A stretch of DNA of 48,816 nucleotides. It comes from Chloroflexota bacterium (lineage in GTDB: Bacteria > Chloroflexota > Dehalococcoidia > Lucifugimonadales > GCA-2712585). Positions 26,240-35,997 of the stretch are shown here, in pieces. Both the position numbers and the translations under genes were made by a program. The first letter of the stretch is position 1. Every line of letters starts with the position of its first letter. The notes beneath the pieces were generated by a model. The model was given only the letters and a program-made list of their open reading frames with translations. It did no database searches and was not told the origin of the DNA. Location of the stretch: assembly GCA_027294635.1 (NCBI GenBank), contig JAPULR010000207.1, positions 1-48,816 of the forward strand, written 5' to 3'.

Positions 26240-26848
26240 CTAAAGCTCCCGACGGCCCTGGTAAGCCTGGCTCAGCGTAACCTCGTCGGCGTACTCCAGA
26301 TGGCCGCCGACTGGAAGGCCTCGGGCCAGGTTGGACACTTTTACACCCAAGGGACTAATGAGACGATGAATATACATGGCCGTGGCGTCACCCTCAAGGG
26401 TGGGGTTGACCCCAATAACTACTTCTTTGACCGAACCATCCTCCAACCGAGGCAAAAGCTCCTTAATTCTCAAATCCTCTGGGCCCACTCCGTTCATGGG
26501 AGAGATAACGCCGTGAAGGACGTGGTAGAGGCCACGGTAAAAGCTGGCCCGCTCCATAACTAGTACGTCCAGAGGCTCCTCCACCACACAGATAAGGCTT
26601 CTATCGCGGCGAGGGCCGCTGCAGATGGCACAAGGGTCGATTTCGGTGAGATTCTGGCAGACAGAACAGAAGATAATCCGGTCCTTTACATCCAGTACCG
26701 CATCGGCCAGGGCCTGTGCGTCCTCTGATGGTAAGCGGATAATGTAGTAGGCCAAGCGCTGGGCGCTCTTTGGCCCGATACCGGGTAGTCGGTTCAACTC
26801 CTGGATGAGGCGGACCACCGGGGCCGGGGCTGGAATATTCTGGTTCAT
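26240..26848 (-). CDS. recR: Recombination protein RecR
   Basis: 202 aa with HhH (LPGIGPKSAQRLAYY), the Cys4 zinc finger CSVCQNLTEIDPCAIC, and a Toprim domain. Confidence 0.95.
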   Translation of the reverse strand: MNQNIPAPAPVVRLIQELNRLPGIGPKSAQRLAYYIIRLPSEDAQALADAVLDVKDRIIFCSVCQNLTEIDPCAICSGPRRDRSLICVVEEPLDVLVMERASFYRGLYHVLHGVISPMNGVGPEDLRIKELLPRLEDGSVKEVVIGVNPTLEGDATAMYIHRLISPLGVKVSNLARGLPVGGHLEYADEVTLSQAYQGRREL

Positions 26849-26930
26849 TATCTGGTTCCAACCCGCTGATAAGGTTCACCTGGTCTGTATCGGAACCAGA
26901 GCGCGCTGGCTGCACATCGCATACCCACCG

Positions 26931-27254
26931 CTACCTCAACCCCTCCCGACCGTTGCCGTTCTGTTCAAAGCCGTGGTCGCTGTAGACCCCGGCGTCTCGC
27001 CCCTGGAACACATGAATGATAAGCTCCTCACGGTTTACCCCGGCCACATCCACCAGCTCCTCGTCTATTACTTCTATAAGCTCCCTTATGCTTTCCTGCG
27101 TAAAGCTCTCGGCTACGCAAAGCGTCCCATGGACAATGGTAGAGGTGTAGTGTATATCCACCCGGCCCACAGGCTGGTCATCCTCAATAATGGAATAGGA
27201 CTCCGAGTTGGGAGTGCGGCAGTCCCTCTCGAACAGGTAGTCTCCCACGCGCAT
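26931..27254 (-). CDS. Hypothetical protein
   Basis: 107-aa acidic ORF starting 8 nt after the proA stop. I recognise no motif. The coding call rests on its operon position. Confidence 0.45.
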   Translation of the reverse strand: MRVGDYLFERDCRTPNSESYSIIEDDQPVGRVDIHYTSTIVHGTLCVAESFTQESIRELIEVIDEELVDVAGVNREELIIHVFQGRDAGVYSDHGFEQNGNGREGLR

Positions 27255-27262
27255 TTACCTCC

Positions 27263-28543
27263 TCAGGTCCGAACCTGGCCGCTGCCCAGAACAATCCACT
27301 TATAGGAAGTTAACTCCTTGAGGCCCATGGGGCCCCGTGCGTGGAACTTCTGGGTGCTGATGCCCACCTCGGCCCCCAGACCGAACTGGGCGCCATCGGT
27401 GAAGTAGGTGCTGGCGTTAACGAAGACCGCCGCCGCATCCACCTCGTCCAGGAACCGCATCGCGGCACCGTAGTCTTCTGTTACTATAGCTTCCGAGTGG
27501 CCCGAGCCGTAGCTCTCTATGTGTTCCAGGGCCTGGTCCAGGGAGTCTACCACCTTTACCCCCGCTACCAATGACAAGAACTCGGTGCCCCAATCCTCAG
27601 GCGCGGCGGCCTTCACATTCAGCTCCTCCAAGGGACCCAGGATACTGAGGGCACGGCGGTCGCACCTCATCTCCACCCCCGCCTGAGCCCATTGGCGGGC
27701 TACCGCCGGCAGGTGACGGGCCGCCACCTCGGAGTGGACCAACAGGGTGTCCAGGGCATTGCACACCGTGGGCCGCTGTACCTTGGCGTTGTAGGCTATG
27801 GCCACGGCCTTCTCCAGATCCGCGGCCCGGTCCAGGTAGGTGTGGCACACACCCACTCCTCCCGCCACCACAGGCATGGTAGCCTTCTCCGCCACGTAGC
27901 GTATAAACTCGGCGCCGCCTCTAGGTATCATCAGGTCTATATACTGGTCCATTCGCAGCATAGACTCCACCAGCTTGCGGTCGGGGTCGTCCACAAACTG
28001 CACCGCATCCCTGGGCAGCCCCGCCTCACCGATGGCCCCTTGAATCAGGCCCGCCAGGACCCTGTTGGAGTTGATGGCCTCCTTGCCGCCCCGCAGGATG
28101 CAACCGTTGCCCGACTTAAGGCACAGGGCGGAGATGTCCACGGTAACGTTGGGCCTGTTTTCATATATGGAGCCGACCACTCCCAGGGGGACCCGCTTCT
28201 TCCCTATCAACAGACCGTTGGGCCGGGTCCCCATATCGAAGACCTCGCCGACGGGATCGGGCAGCGCGGCGATGTTCCTAACGTCTCTGGCCATGCCTTC
28301 CAGCCGCTGCGAATTCAGCAGGATGCGGTCCAGGACGGACTCCGAGAGTCCCATATCCCGGCTGACTTGAAGATCCTTTTCATTGGCCTCAAGGACCTCC
28401 TGCTGGTGCTCCAGAAGGGCCGTAGCTACGTTCTCCAGGGCGCGATTCTTCTGGTCCGTGGAGCAGCGGGCCAGGGCCTTGGCGGCCTGGCGGGCCGCTT
28501 TACCCTGGACCAGGATGCTTTCTGCTGTAGTTGTCATGGTCAC
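27263..28543 (-). CDS. proA: Gamma-glutamyl phosphate reductase
   Basis: 426 aa in the aldehyde-dehydrogenase fold, with typical ProA segments (VIYESRPNV-like IYENRPNVTVD, CNALDTLLVH). It lies directly downstream of proB. Confidence 0.95.
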   Translation of the reverse strand: MTMTTTAESILVQGKAARQAAKALARCSTDQKNRALENVATALLEHQQEVLEANEKDLQVSRDMGLSESVLDRILLNSQRLEGMARDVRNIAALPDPVGEVFDMGTRPNGLLIGKKRVPLGVVGSIYENRPNVTVDISALCLKSGNGCILRGGKEAINSNRVLAGLIQGAIGEAGLPRDAVQFVDDPDRKLVESMLRMDQYIDLMIPRGGAEFIRYVAEKATMPVVAGGVGVCHTYLDRAADLEKAVAIAYNAKVQRPTVCNALDTLLVHSEVAARHLPAVARQWAQAGVEMRCDRRALSILGPLEELNVKAAAPEDWGTEFLSLVAGVKVVDSLDQALEHIESYGSGHSEAIVTEDYGAAMRFLDEVDAAAVFVNASTYFTDGAQFGLGAEVGISTQKFHARGPMGLKELTSYKWIVLGSGQVRT

Positions 28544-28619
28544 ACTGCCTACTAACCAGTATTATAGAGACTTCTAGGATCGGTATACGGCCGATCGAAT
28601 CAATACCCAAACCCATCCT

Positions 28620-29789
28620 TTACATGAGCACCATGTTGTTGCGGTGCACCACCTCTTGGCCATAGTGGCAGCCCAGGATCTCCTGAATGCTGTCGGAACG
28701 GTGTCCCTTGATTCTAGCCACCTCTGCGGCGCTGTAGTTGACCAGGCCGCAGGCTAACCGCTCCTTCTCCAGGCTGGTTATGTAAACCACATCGCCCCGC
28801 TGAAAGTCGCCACAAACGTCCTTTACGCCGGCGGGCAGAAGGCTGCGATTCTGCTCCCGCAGGGCCTTCTCTGCCCCCTGATCGATGACGATGTCGCCGT
28901 TCACGGAGAGGCCGCTGAGCATCCATCGCTTGCGGCTCTCAACCTTGCTGGCGGTGGGAGTGAACAGGGTGCCCAGGGACTCGCCTCCGGCGATTCTTGG
29001 CACCACGTCAGGCAATCGACCGTTGCAGATTACCACCGTTACCCCGGAGCGAGTCGCCACCTTGGCCGCTTCCAGCTTAGAAGGCATCCCTCCCCTGGAC
29101 CAGGTGCTGTGGTGTCCCCCAGCCAAAGACTCGATGTAGGAGTCTATTCGTTCCACTTTGGGCAGGAGCTCTGCTTCGGGGTGTGTGCGAGGATCGGCGG
29201 TGAACAGGCCGTCGGCATCGGTGAGGATGACCAGCAGGTCGGCGTCCACCAGGTTGGCGACCAGGGCCGATAGGGTATCGTTGTCTCCAAATACCGACCC
29301 TATCTCATCCACGGCAACCACATCGTTTTCATTGATGATTGGCACAACCCAATGGTCAAGCAGCGAGAGGAGGGTGTTGCGCACATTCAGATAGCCCTGG
29401 CGGTCCTCCAGGTCACGCCTGGTGAGAAGGGCCTGGGCCACGGGGATATCCCAGGACTCGAAGAGGGAGCTGTATGCCTGCATCAAACGGTTCTGTCCCA
29501 CGGCGGCCAGGACCTGGCGAAAGGGCACGTGGGAACGGTCCCCTGCCACGTCCAGAGGCTTCATCCCGGCGGCAATAGCCCCAGAGGTGACCAGAAGCAC
29601 CTCAGTTCCCTGGCTGTGCAACGACGCGATCTGCTCCACCAGGCCCTTCATTGTGGGCATGTGCAGCTTATCGCTGCTGGCCGTGAGGACGCTGGTACCG
29701 GCCTTCATCACGATGCGTCGGTAGCGAAGTGAAGAAGCGACGCCCTTCGACAGTGATATTAGAGGATTAGCCTTCCCCGCGGTCTCCAT
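28620..29789 (-). CDS. proB: Glutamate 5-kinase (with C-terminal PUA domain)
   Basis: 389 aa with RIVMKAGTSVLT at the N-terminus, an amino-acid kinase fold and a PUA-like C-terminus. Confidence 0.95.
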   Translation of the reverse strand: METAGKANPLISLSKGVASSLRYRRIVMKAGTSVLTASSDKLHMPTMKGLVEQIASLHSQGTEVLLVTSGAIAAGMKPLDVAGDRSHVPFRQVLAAVGQNRLMQAYSSLFESWDIPVAQALLTRRDLEDRQGYLNVRNTLLSLLDHWVVPIINENDVVAVDEIGSVFGDNDTLSALVANLVDADLLVILTDADGLFTADPRTHPEAELLPKVERIDSYIESLAGGHHSTWSRGGMPSKLEAAKVATRSGVTVVICNGRLPDVVPRIAGGESLGTLFTPTASKVESRKRWMLSGLSVNGDIVIDQGAEKALREQNRSLLPAGVKDVCGDFQRGDVVYITSLEKERLACGLVNYSAAEVARIKGHRSDSIQEILGCHYGQEVVHRNNMVLM

Positions 29790-29823
29790 CCTTTTCCCTG
29801 CTCAGTCGCTACTAAAGGGTTTC

Positions 29824-29853
29824 ATTATAGCAGGGGCTTCACAGCGCCAACAA
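29824..29853 (-). promoter_or_regulatory. Candidate proBA promoter (TTGTTG, 18 nt, TATAAT)
   Basis: On the minus strand, TATAAT is at 29829..29824 and TTGTTG at 29853..29848. This is about 35 nt upstream of the ATG at 29789. Confidence 0.35.
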
Positions 29854-29908
29854 TAAGGCTTGCCTTAACCTCATCTACCAGCGCTCTTCCCAAAGGTGGG
29901 CCATGCCG

Positions 29909-29937
29909 TTGAACCCCAGCGGTCCACGTAATACAAT
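29909..29937 (+). promoter_or_regulatory. Candidate mfd promoter (TTGAAC, 17 nt, TACAAT)
   Basis: TTGAAC at 29909..29914 and TACAAT at 29932..29937. It is followed by the hairpin GGGCTGG-N11-CCAGCCC in the leader. Confidence 0.45.
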
Positions 29938-30008
29938 AGTTCTAAGGGCTGGCTCCTTTGCAACCAGCCCTAATTACTGTTGTCGGAAAAGGAGGGTTTG
30001 AACCCTAA

Positions 30009-33000
30009 GTGACCCTTAAAGGCCTGTTCCCCCTGCTTAAAGCCCATCCTGCCTACCGAAGGCTGACCGAGGACCTGGCTTCACACCGAAGGGCCTCCAC
30101 CTCGGTCACCGTGGGCGGCAACCCCCTTTTGCTTGCCTCTCTGTGGCAAGACCTCCAACGCACTATGCTGGTGGTGACGCCCAGGCCCGACGACGCCCGT
30201 CGTCTCCACGACCAGTTGGTCCTATATCTGGGGGATGAGGCGCCTGTGCTCCTTCTTTCTGAGCCCGACGTTCTGCCCTTCGAGCGGATGGCCGCCGACG
30301 CAGCTACCAACAACCAGCGGCTCATGGCCCTTGACACCCTGGTTAACGCCTCTCAGAACCAACCTCCCGTGGTGGTGTCCTCCCTGGCCGCCGCCATCCG
30401 CAAGACCCTATCTAAAGAAACCTTTATAACCTGTAGCCACACCCTGGCTGTAGGCCAGAGGATAAGGCTTGGAGACCTTACCTCCCAGTGGGTGAATATG
30501 GGCTACAGGCGGGAGGAGTCGGTGGAGATACCCGGCACCTTCAGCCTAAGGGGAGGTATCGTTGACGTTTTTTCCCCCAACTCTCCCCTGCCAAGCCGTC
30601 TAGACCTGGTGGGTAACGAGATAGAAAGCCTCAACCTCTTTGACCCCTCCACCCAGCGCTCGGTGCAGTCCGTTGACGCAACACGAATCGTTCCTGCTCA
30701 AGAGATACTGCCCCTTCACGCCAACCGTCAGCGGGTTTCAGAGCTGATAGCCCAGATGAACTTCAGCGACTGCACGACGGAGGTCCACGATCGGATACAG
30801 GACGATCTGGCCGCCCTGTCCGCAGGTCGGGACCAGGAAGACCTGACCCTTTATAACGGCCTCATCAACGGAACTTCCCTTCTGGAGTACCTGAACCCTG
30901 ACGCCCTTGTGGTCTACGACCAACAGAGCCAGGTAGAAGCGGAGGCCTCAACCCTGGAGAGTCACGTCCAGGACCTGCGAAGAGACCGGGTGGCCCGGGG
31001 AGAGCTCCCGGCCAATTTCCCTCTGCCCCATTTCCTGTGGCAGGAGTTTATGGAAGGCGTTAAGGGCCACGGCCTTCTGGACATCAGCCCGTGGAGCGAG
31101 GACGAACAAAGCTTCGGCTTCCGTCTTCCTCCCTCCTACTACGGCCAGATGGACCAGTTCACGTCCAGTACTCGGCAGGCGCTAAGGGAAGAAAAGACTG
31201 TTGTAGCTATAACCCGTCATGCCCACCGCCTGGCCGAAATACTCTCCGAAGCCGACATCGGGGCCTCAGTCGCCAGCGAGATAAAGGATGTTCCCCAACC
31301 TGGAAGCGTAACCATCGTCGCCGGCTCCCTAGACCAGGGATGGAGTCTACCCCTGGATCAGGGCGAGGTCGTCATCTTCACAGACCTGGAGTTATTCGGT
31401 ACCGTTAAGGAGCGTCGCACCCGGGCAAGAAGGCCGGTCAAAAAGGCGCTTTTCCTCTCCCAACTGGAGCCCGGCTGCTACGTTGTCCACGAAGACCACG
31501 GCATCGCACGCTTTGCAGGCACCACCAGCATGAGCGTTAGTGGCGAGGAGAGGGAGTACCTGGTCCTGGAATACGCCGAAGCCGACAAGCTCTATCTCCC
31601 TCCGGACCACCTGGACCGCATATCCTCCTATGTGGCCACCAGCGACCGCCCCCCAACCCTTACACGCCTCAGCAGCACCGAGTGGGCCCGGGCCAAGGAG
31701 CGGGTCAAGGCCTCCACCCAGGAGCTGGCCAAGGAGCTTCTGGACCTATACGCCAGCCGACAGGTGGCCCAGGGACACGCCTTCTCCGCCGACGTGGTTT
31801 GGCAGCAGGAGCTTGAGGACGCCTTTCCCTACGAGGAGACCCCCGACCAGGCTCGTACCATTGAAGAGGTCAAAGGGGACATGGAGATCATCAAGCCCAT
31901 GGACCGGCTGGTTTGTGGCGACGTGGGCTATGGCAAGACAGAGGTGGCCCTGAGGGCCGCCTTCAAGTCGGTAAACGATGGTATGCAGGTGGCCCTTCTG
32001 GTGCCCACCACCATCCTGGCCCAGCAGCACTACGCCACCTTCAGCAGCCGTCTAAGCCCATACCCTCTGCGAGTAGAGGTCCTGAGCCGCTTCCGCACCG
32101 CCAAGGAACAGAAGGAGATCATCGAAGGGCTGAAGCTGGGCACCGTTGACATCGTCATCGGAACCCATCGGCTGATCCAGAAAGACGTTAAATTCAAGAA
32201 CCTGGGCCTGGTGGTAGTAGACGAGGAGCAGCGATTCGGCGTTGGCCACAAGGAACGCCTGAAGCGAATGAGAAGAGAGGTGGACTTCCTGACCCTCAGC
32301 GCCACGCCCATCCCGCGCACCCTGTACATGGCCCTCTCGGGGGTCCGGGACATGAGCACCATGGAAACGCCTCCAGAGGAGCGCTTCCCAGTAAAGACCT
32401 ACGTGGGAGAGTACAGCGACCAGGTGGTGAAAGAGGCGATTCTGAGGGAGCTGGACCGGGGTGGGCAGGTATTTTTCCTTCACAACCGCGTCAGTTCAAT
32501 CCGCCGTACCGCGGAACACCTGGCCCAACTGGTGCCCGAGGCCCGCATCGCCGTAGCTCACGGGCGCATGGCCGAGGCAGAGCTTGAGGATGTGATGCTA
32601 TCTTTCAACGAGGGGGAGATCAACGTACTGGTGTGCACCACCATCATCGAGTCGGGTCTGGACATACCCAACGCCAACACCCTCATAATCGATCGCGCCG
32701 ATCGCTTTGGCCTCTCCCAGCTGTACCAGCTGCGGGGGCGAGTAGGCAGAAGCAGCAACAGAGCCTACTCCTATCTTCTGGTGCCCAGGGGCCGACGCAT
32801 AACGCCGGAAGCGGAGAAGCGCCTCCAGGCCATACTGGAGGCCTCAGAGCTGGGGGCCGGGTTCCGTATCGCCATGCGGGACCTGGAGATACGGGGCGCA
32901 GGGAACATCCTGGGGGCCGAGCAGAGCGGCCATATCCACTCCATAGGCTTTGAGCTGTATACCCAACTTCTCAACCAGGCGGTGGCGGACCTCCGGGTCG

Positions 33001-33509
33001 AGCGAGGAGAGACGCCTGCCGAGAAGCAGAGGCCCGAGACTGACGTTCGGGTGGACCTGCCCCTATCGGCCTACATACCACAAGACTACATCTCTCACCT
33101 GCCTAACCGCCTGGCCATCTACCAGCGGTTGATGAACCTAAAACAGCAGGACCAGCTGGAGGACATGCAGGACGAGCTGAGGGACCGGTTTGGCCCCATC
33201 CCTGAGGCCGTGGAGAACCTGCTCTACATCGTCTCCTTGAAAGTTATGACCCAGGATATGGGGGTTCAGTCCATAACTTCCTCAGGAAGCGAGATCATCC
33301 TCACTCTTAAAGACTCCGTTGGTGGCGCAAAGATAGCCCTGGAGAAGTCCCTGGGCGGATGGGCCGGTGTGGGAAACCAGCAGGTGCGGCTTAACCGCAG
33401 TCTGATGGGCACAGACTGGCAGAAGGGGCTGACTACTGTTTTACGGGCGCTTAAAGAGTTTCAGGGGAAGGTCAGCCAGCTACCTGTATCGGCCTCCAAG
33501 ATATCGTAA
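30009..33509 (+). CDS. mfd: Transcription-repair coupling factor Mfd
   Basis: 1166 aa with a UvrB-homology N-terminus, superfamily-2 helicase motifs (GDVGYGKTEVA, VVDEEQRFG) and a TRCF C-terminal domain. GTG start. Confidence 0.95.
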   Translation: MTLKGLFPLLKAHPAYRRLTEDLASHRRASTSVTVGGNPLLLASLWQDLQRTMLVVTPRPDDARRLHDQLVLYLGDEAPVLLLSEPDVLPFERMAADAATNNQRLMALDTLVNASQNQPPVVVSSLAAAIRKTLSKETFITCSHTLAVGQRIRLGDLTSQWVNMGYRREESVEIPGTFSLRGGIVDVFSPNSPLPSRLDLVGNEIESLNLFDPSTQRSVQSVDATRIVPAQEILPLHANRQRVSELIAQMNFSDCTTEVHDRIQDDLAALSAGRDQEDLTLYNGLINGTSLLEYLNPDALVVYDQQSQVEAEASTLESHVQDLRRDRVARGELPANFPLPHFLWQEFMEGVKGHGLLDISPWSEDEQSFGFRLPPSYYGQMDQFTSSTRQALREEKTVVAITRHAHRLAEILSEADIGASVASEIKDVPQPGSVTIVAGSLDQGWSLPLDQGEVVIFTDLELFGTVKERRTRARRPVKKALFLSQLEPGCYVVHEDHGIARFAGTTSMSVSGEEREYLVLEYAEADKLYLPPDHLDRISSYVATSDRPPTLTRLSSTEWARAKERVKASTQELAKELLDLYASRQVAQGHAFSADVVWQQELEDAFPYEETPDQARTIEEVKGDMEIIKPMDRLVCGDVGYGKTEVALRAAFKSVNDGMQVALLVPTTILAQQHYATFSSRLSPYPLRVEVLSRFRTAKEQKEIIEGLKLGTVDIVIGTHRLIQKDVKFKNLGLVVVDEEQRFGVGHKERLKRMRREVDFLTLSATPIPRTLYMALSGVRDMSTMETPPEERFPVKTYVGEYSDQVVKEAILRELDRGGQVFFLHNRVSSIRRTAEHLAQLVPEARIAVAHGRMAEAELEDVMLSFNEGEINVLVCTTIIESGLDIPNANTLIIDRADRFGLSQLYQLRGRVGRSSNRAYSYLLVPRGRRITPEAEKRLQAILEASELGAGFRIAMRDLEIRGAGNILGAEQSGHIHSIGFELYTQLLNQAVADLRVERGETPAEKQRPETDVRVDLPLSAYIPQDYISHLPNRLAIYQRLMNLKQQDQLEDMQDELRDRFGPIPEAVENLLYIVSLKVMTQDMGVQSITSSGSEIILTLKDSVGGAKIALEKSLGGWAGVGNQQVRLNRSLMGTDWQKGLTTVLRALKEFQGKVSQLPVSASKIS

Positions 33510-33583
33510 GGCAGAGAAGGGTAGAAGCTAAGGGTTGCGGAGCCCGAAGACTTCAACGCGGACCAAATTCGTAAGGGCAACTG

Positions 33584-34297
33584 CTAGTCAAGCCCCACCC
33601 GATTCACCACCGACTCTACCTCCATAAGGCTGCGAACCCTGGGACAGTCGGTGATTTCAGGGTGCCAGTTGCCCCTGTCTAACAACACCGGCATCATCCC
33701 CACGGACCGGGCCCCCTGAACGTCGGAGTGGTACTGGTCACCCACGTGGACCGCTTGCCCGGGGCTGACGCCAGCCCTTTTAAGGGCCGCGAGAAATATG
33801 GGCGGATGGGGCTTCTCTGCGCCCACGTCCTTAGACGTAATGTAAAGGTCCATATAGGACGCTAGGCCCAGCTCTTGCGCTAGTGAATCCATATCCCGAT
33901 CGAGGTTGGAGAGGACCCCTAGAGTAAAGCCCCCCTTCTTGAGATGCCGGAGCGCGGGAATAACATCGTCAAAAGGCACAAAGCTTTTGGGCACCAGAGT
34001 GGTCATCTTCCAGATGCTTTGAGCCAGGTTCAGGCTTATGTCCAGACCGGCGCCCTTAAGGATCATTTGCTCGTAGCGAGCAAAGAACTCGTCTCGGCTC
34101 TCTTCGGGCCGCCGAAACAGGGAAGACCTGGAGTTTTCCCTGTTGAAATAGTCATCGGCTTCGCTGTAGCCCCTCTGGATTCCCTTTTTGGTAACAGTGA
34201 CTCCCAGCTCTTTACAGGCCGCCACCTGGATGTCTTCCACTGGGGGCGAGAAACGAACCAGGGTATTATAAAAGTCAAAGAAAATAGCCTTTATCAT
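33584..34297 (-). CDS. HAD-superfamily hydrolase, subfamily IA with D-x-Y-x-T motif I
   Basis: 237 aa. Motif I is IFFDFYNTL, motif III is K in the TSKDVGAEKP region, and motif IV is HVGDQYHSD. Confidence 0.8.
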   Translation of the reverse strand: MIKAIFFDFYNTLVRFSPPVEDIQVAACKELGVTVTKKGIQRGYSEADDYFNRENSRSSLFRRPEESRDEFFARYEQMILKGAGLDISLNLAQSIWKMTTLVPKSFVPFDDVIPALRHLKKGGFTLGVLSNLDRDMDSLAQELGLASYMDLYITSKDVGAEKPHPPIFLAALKRAGVSPGQAVHVGDQYHSDVQGARSVGMMPVLLDRGNWHPEITDCPRVRSLMEVESVVNRVGLD

Positions 34298-34381
34298 GAA
34301 GGCTGAACCCAGCGCTATCGAGTCTTAACTATCTAAGTTTAAGTACAGACCACACGATTCAATTTTACCACAAGGGTTACT

Positions 34382-35083
34382 TTAAGCCTCCCTGGCCAGG
34401 GCCAGCCCCCACACTGAGGCTGCCCCCTTTTCCTTAGCAGCCTTGGCACAGGCCGCCATGGTGCTGCCTGTTGTAACCACATCGTCAATGAGCAGGACCG
34501 CTTCCCCGGCAGATTCTCTAACTGCGAGAAAGCTTCCCTCCGCGTTGCGGGCCCGCTCCTCCTGGGTTGCCAGCGATACCTGTGGCGCCGAGTCCCTGGT
34601 CTTGATGAGCATGTCCTCAGCCACGGCGATACCTGTTAGTTTGCTTACCTCCCTGGCTAATAGGAGGGACTGGTTGTAACCTCGTTGCCTTACACGGCGG
34701 CCGTGCATGGGAACGGGGACCAGGAGGGTGGCTGGAATCGAGGTGGATTCCAGACATTCTGCCAGCACCTTCCCCAATTCCGGCGCAAGGCCTCTGAAAT
34801 TACGGTACTTAAAAGCGTGAATGGCGTCCCGAATTACGCCCTCCATCAGATAGGGCGCCTTTATACCGTCAATAGGCGGAGGCGATTCGACACACCTGGA
34901 ACATCTGGGGCCGTCGTTGGGCTGGGCGCAGATTTCGCAGTAGGGCGGCTCAAGTCTGGCTAGTGATGACTGACAGACCTGGCAAAGACCGGAGCCTTCC
35001 TTTCGACACCCCACGCATTGCAAGGGAAGGACAAGGTCTAGGGTGCCGCGTCCCAATCTGCGAAGGAGACGTTGCAGCATCAA
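34382..35083 (-). CDS. ComF-family phosphoribosyltransferase-like protein
   Basis: 233 aa with an N-terminal double CxxC zinc-finger region and the C-terminal PRTase motif VLLIDDVVTTGST. Confidence 0.8.
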   Translation of the reverse strand: MMLQRLLRRLGRGTLDLVLPLQCVGCRKEGSGLCQVCQSSLARLEPPYCEICAQPNDGPRCSRCVESPPPIDGIKAPYLMEGVIRDAIHAFKYRNFRGLAPELGKVLAECLESTSIPATLLVPVPMHGRRVRQRGYNQSLLLAREVSKLTGIAVAEDMLIKTRDSAPQVSLATQEERARNAEGSFLAVRESAGEAVLLIDDVVTTGSTMAACAKAAKEKGAASVWGLALAREA

Positions 35084-35086
35084 AGC

Positions 35087-35788
35087 CTATGTCCGGAACT
35101 GGACCTTTCGATAGCCCTCGGCGTACTCGTAGCCGGCCTTTTCTCCGGCCTCCCTACACCAATTGCGAAGCCAATTGGTAGCGTCTTCTTCCGACAGCCC
35201 GGATATCTGGCTCTTATGGCAGCGCAGAGCCTCGATTTTCAGGTCCATGGTATCGGTGATATCCAAGTAAGTATCGGACTCCTCGGGTCCCCAAAATAGT
35301 ACGGTTGCTACTTTGTGGGGCTCTAATCCTTCGGCCTCCAGCTCAGGGAAGTGGAGCCTGTCCCTAGCATATGGGAATACCGCATCCTGGGTAACCTGGC
35401 CCGTAATGCGGTGGTCCCGGTGGAAGTAAAAGGAGCGGCGATACGGGTCTGGACAGAAAACTACCTGGGGACGAAAGCGGCGCACCGCCTGCACTAGATC
35501 CTTGCGAAACTCCCTGGTATCCTCCAGCTCCCCGTCGGGGTAACCCAGGGCCACTACCTCCTTGACCCCCAGCTTGGCGGCGGCGTCTAGCTGCTCTTGA
35601 TGCCGGATCTGGGCCAGCCTCTGAGGGGTCATTTTCGGGTCGTCGGAGCCTTTGCTGCCATCGCTGCATAGAACGTAATAGACCTGGGTCCCTTGGCGAA
35701 CCCAGTTACCAACGGTGCCTCCGCAGGCTATCTCAGCATCATCGGGATGGGGGGTGACCACCAGGGCCCTCTCGGGAACCTCTACCAC
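35087..35788 (-). CDS. PIG-L / LmbE-family N-acetylglucosaminyl deacetylase (MshB/BshB-like)
   Basis: 233 aa with VVTPHPDDAEIACGGT, a downstream HRDH metal/catalytic motif, and CHKSQ. Confidence 0.85.
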   Translation of the reverse strand: MVEVPERALVVTPHPDDAEIACGGTVGNWVRQGTQVYYVLCSDGSKGSDDPKMTPQRLAQIRHQEQLDAAAKLGVKEVVALGYPDGELEDTREFRKDLVQAVRRFRPQVVFCPDPYRRSFYFHRDHRITGQVTQDAVFPYARDRLHFPELEAEGLEPHKVATVLFWGPEESDTYLDITDTMDLKIEALRCHKSQISGLSEEDATNWLRNWCREAGEKAGYEYAEGYRKVQFRT

Positions 35789-35997
35789 TAGCTACCTCCG
35801 CTATTCAGGGTTGTTCACAGAATTTTACTCTGCTACAATCCACAACGGGTGTCAAGCCAGAAAGGAATACCCGAAAGAAAAGGGCTTAGCTGCCCCCTTC
35901 AGTTGAAGACTTGATAAGCCACCGCCGACATACAACTTATCCGTGTTTACATCCGCTAGTAGACCAAGCTAAGTCGGCGTCCTGAGAAAGTATACCT

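Noticed and set aside
26852-26899. 8-bp inverted repeat CTGGTTCC...GGAACCAG with a 32-nt spacer just upstream of the recR start.
   Set aside because: The loop is too long for a stable element and I recognise no motif family. It may be fortuitous or a weak regulatory site.
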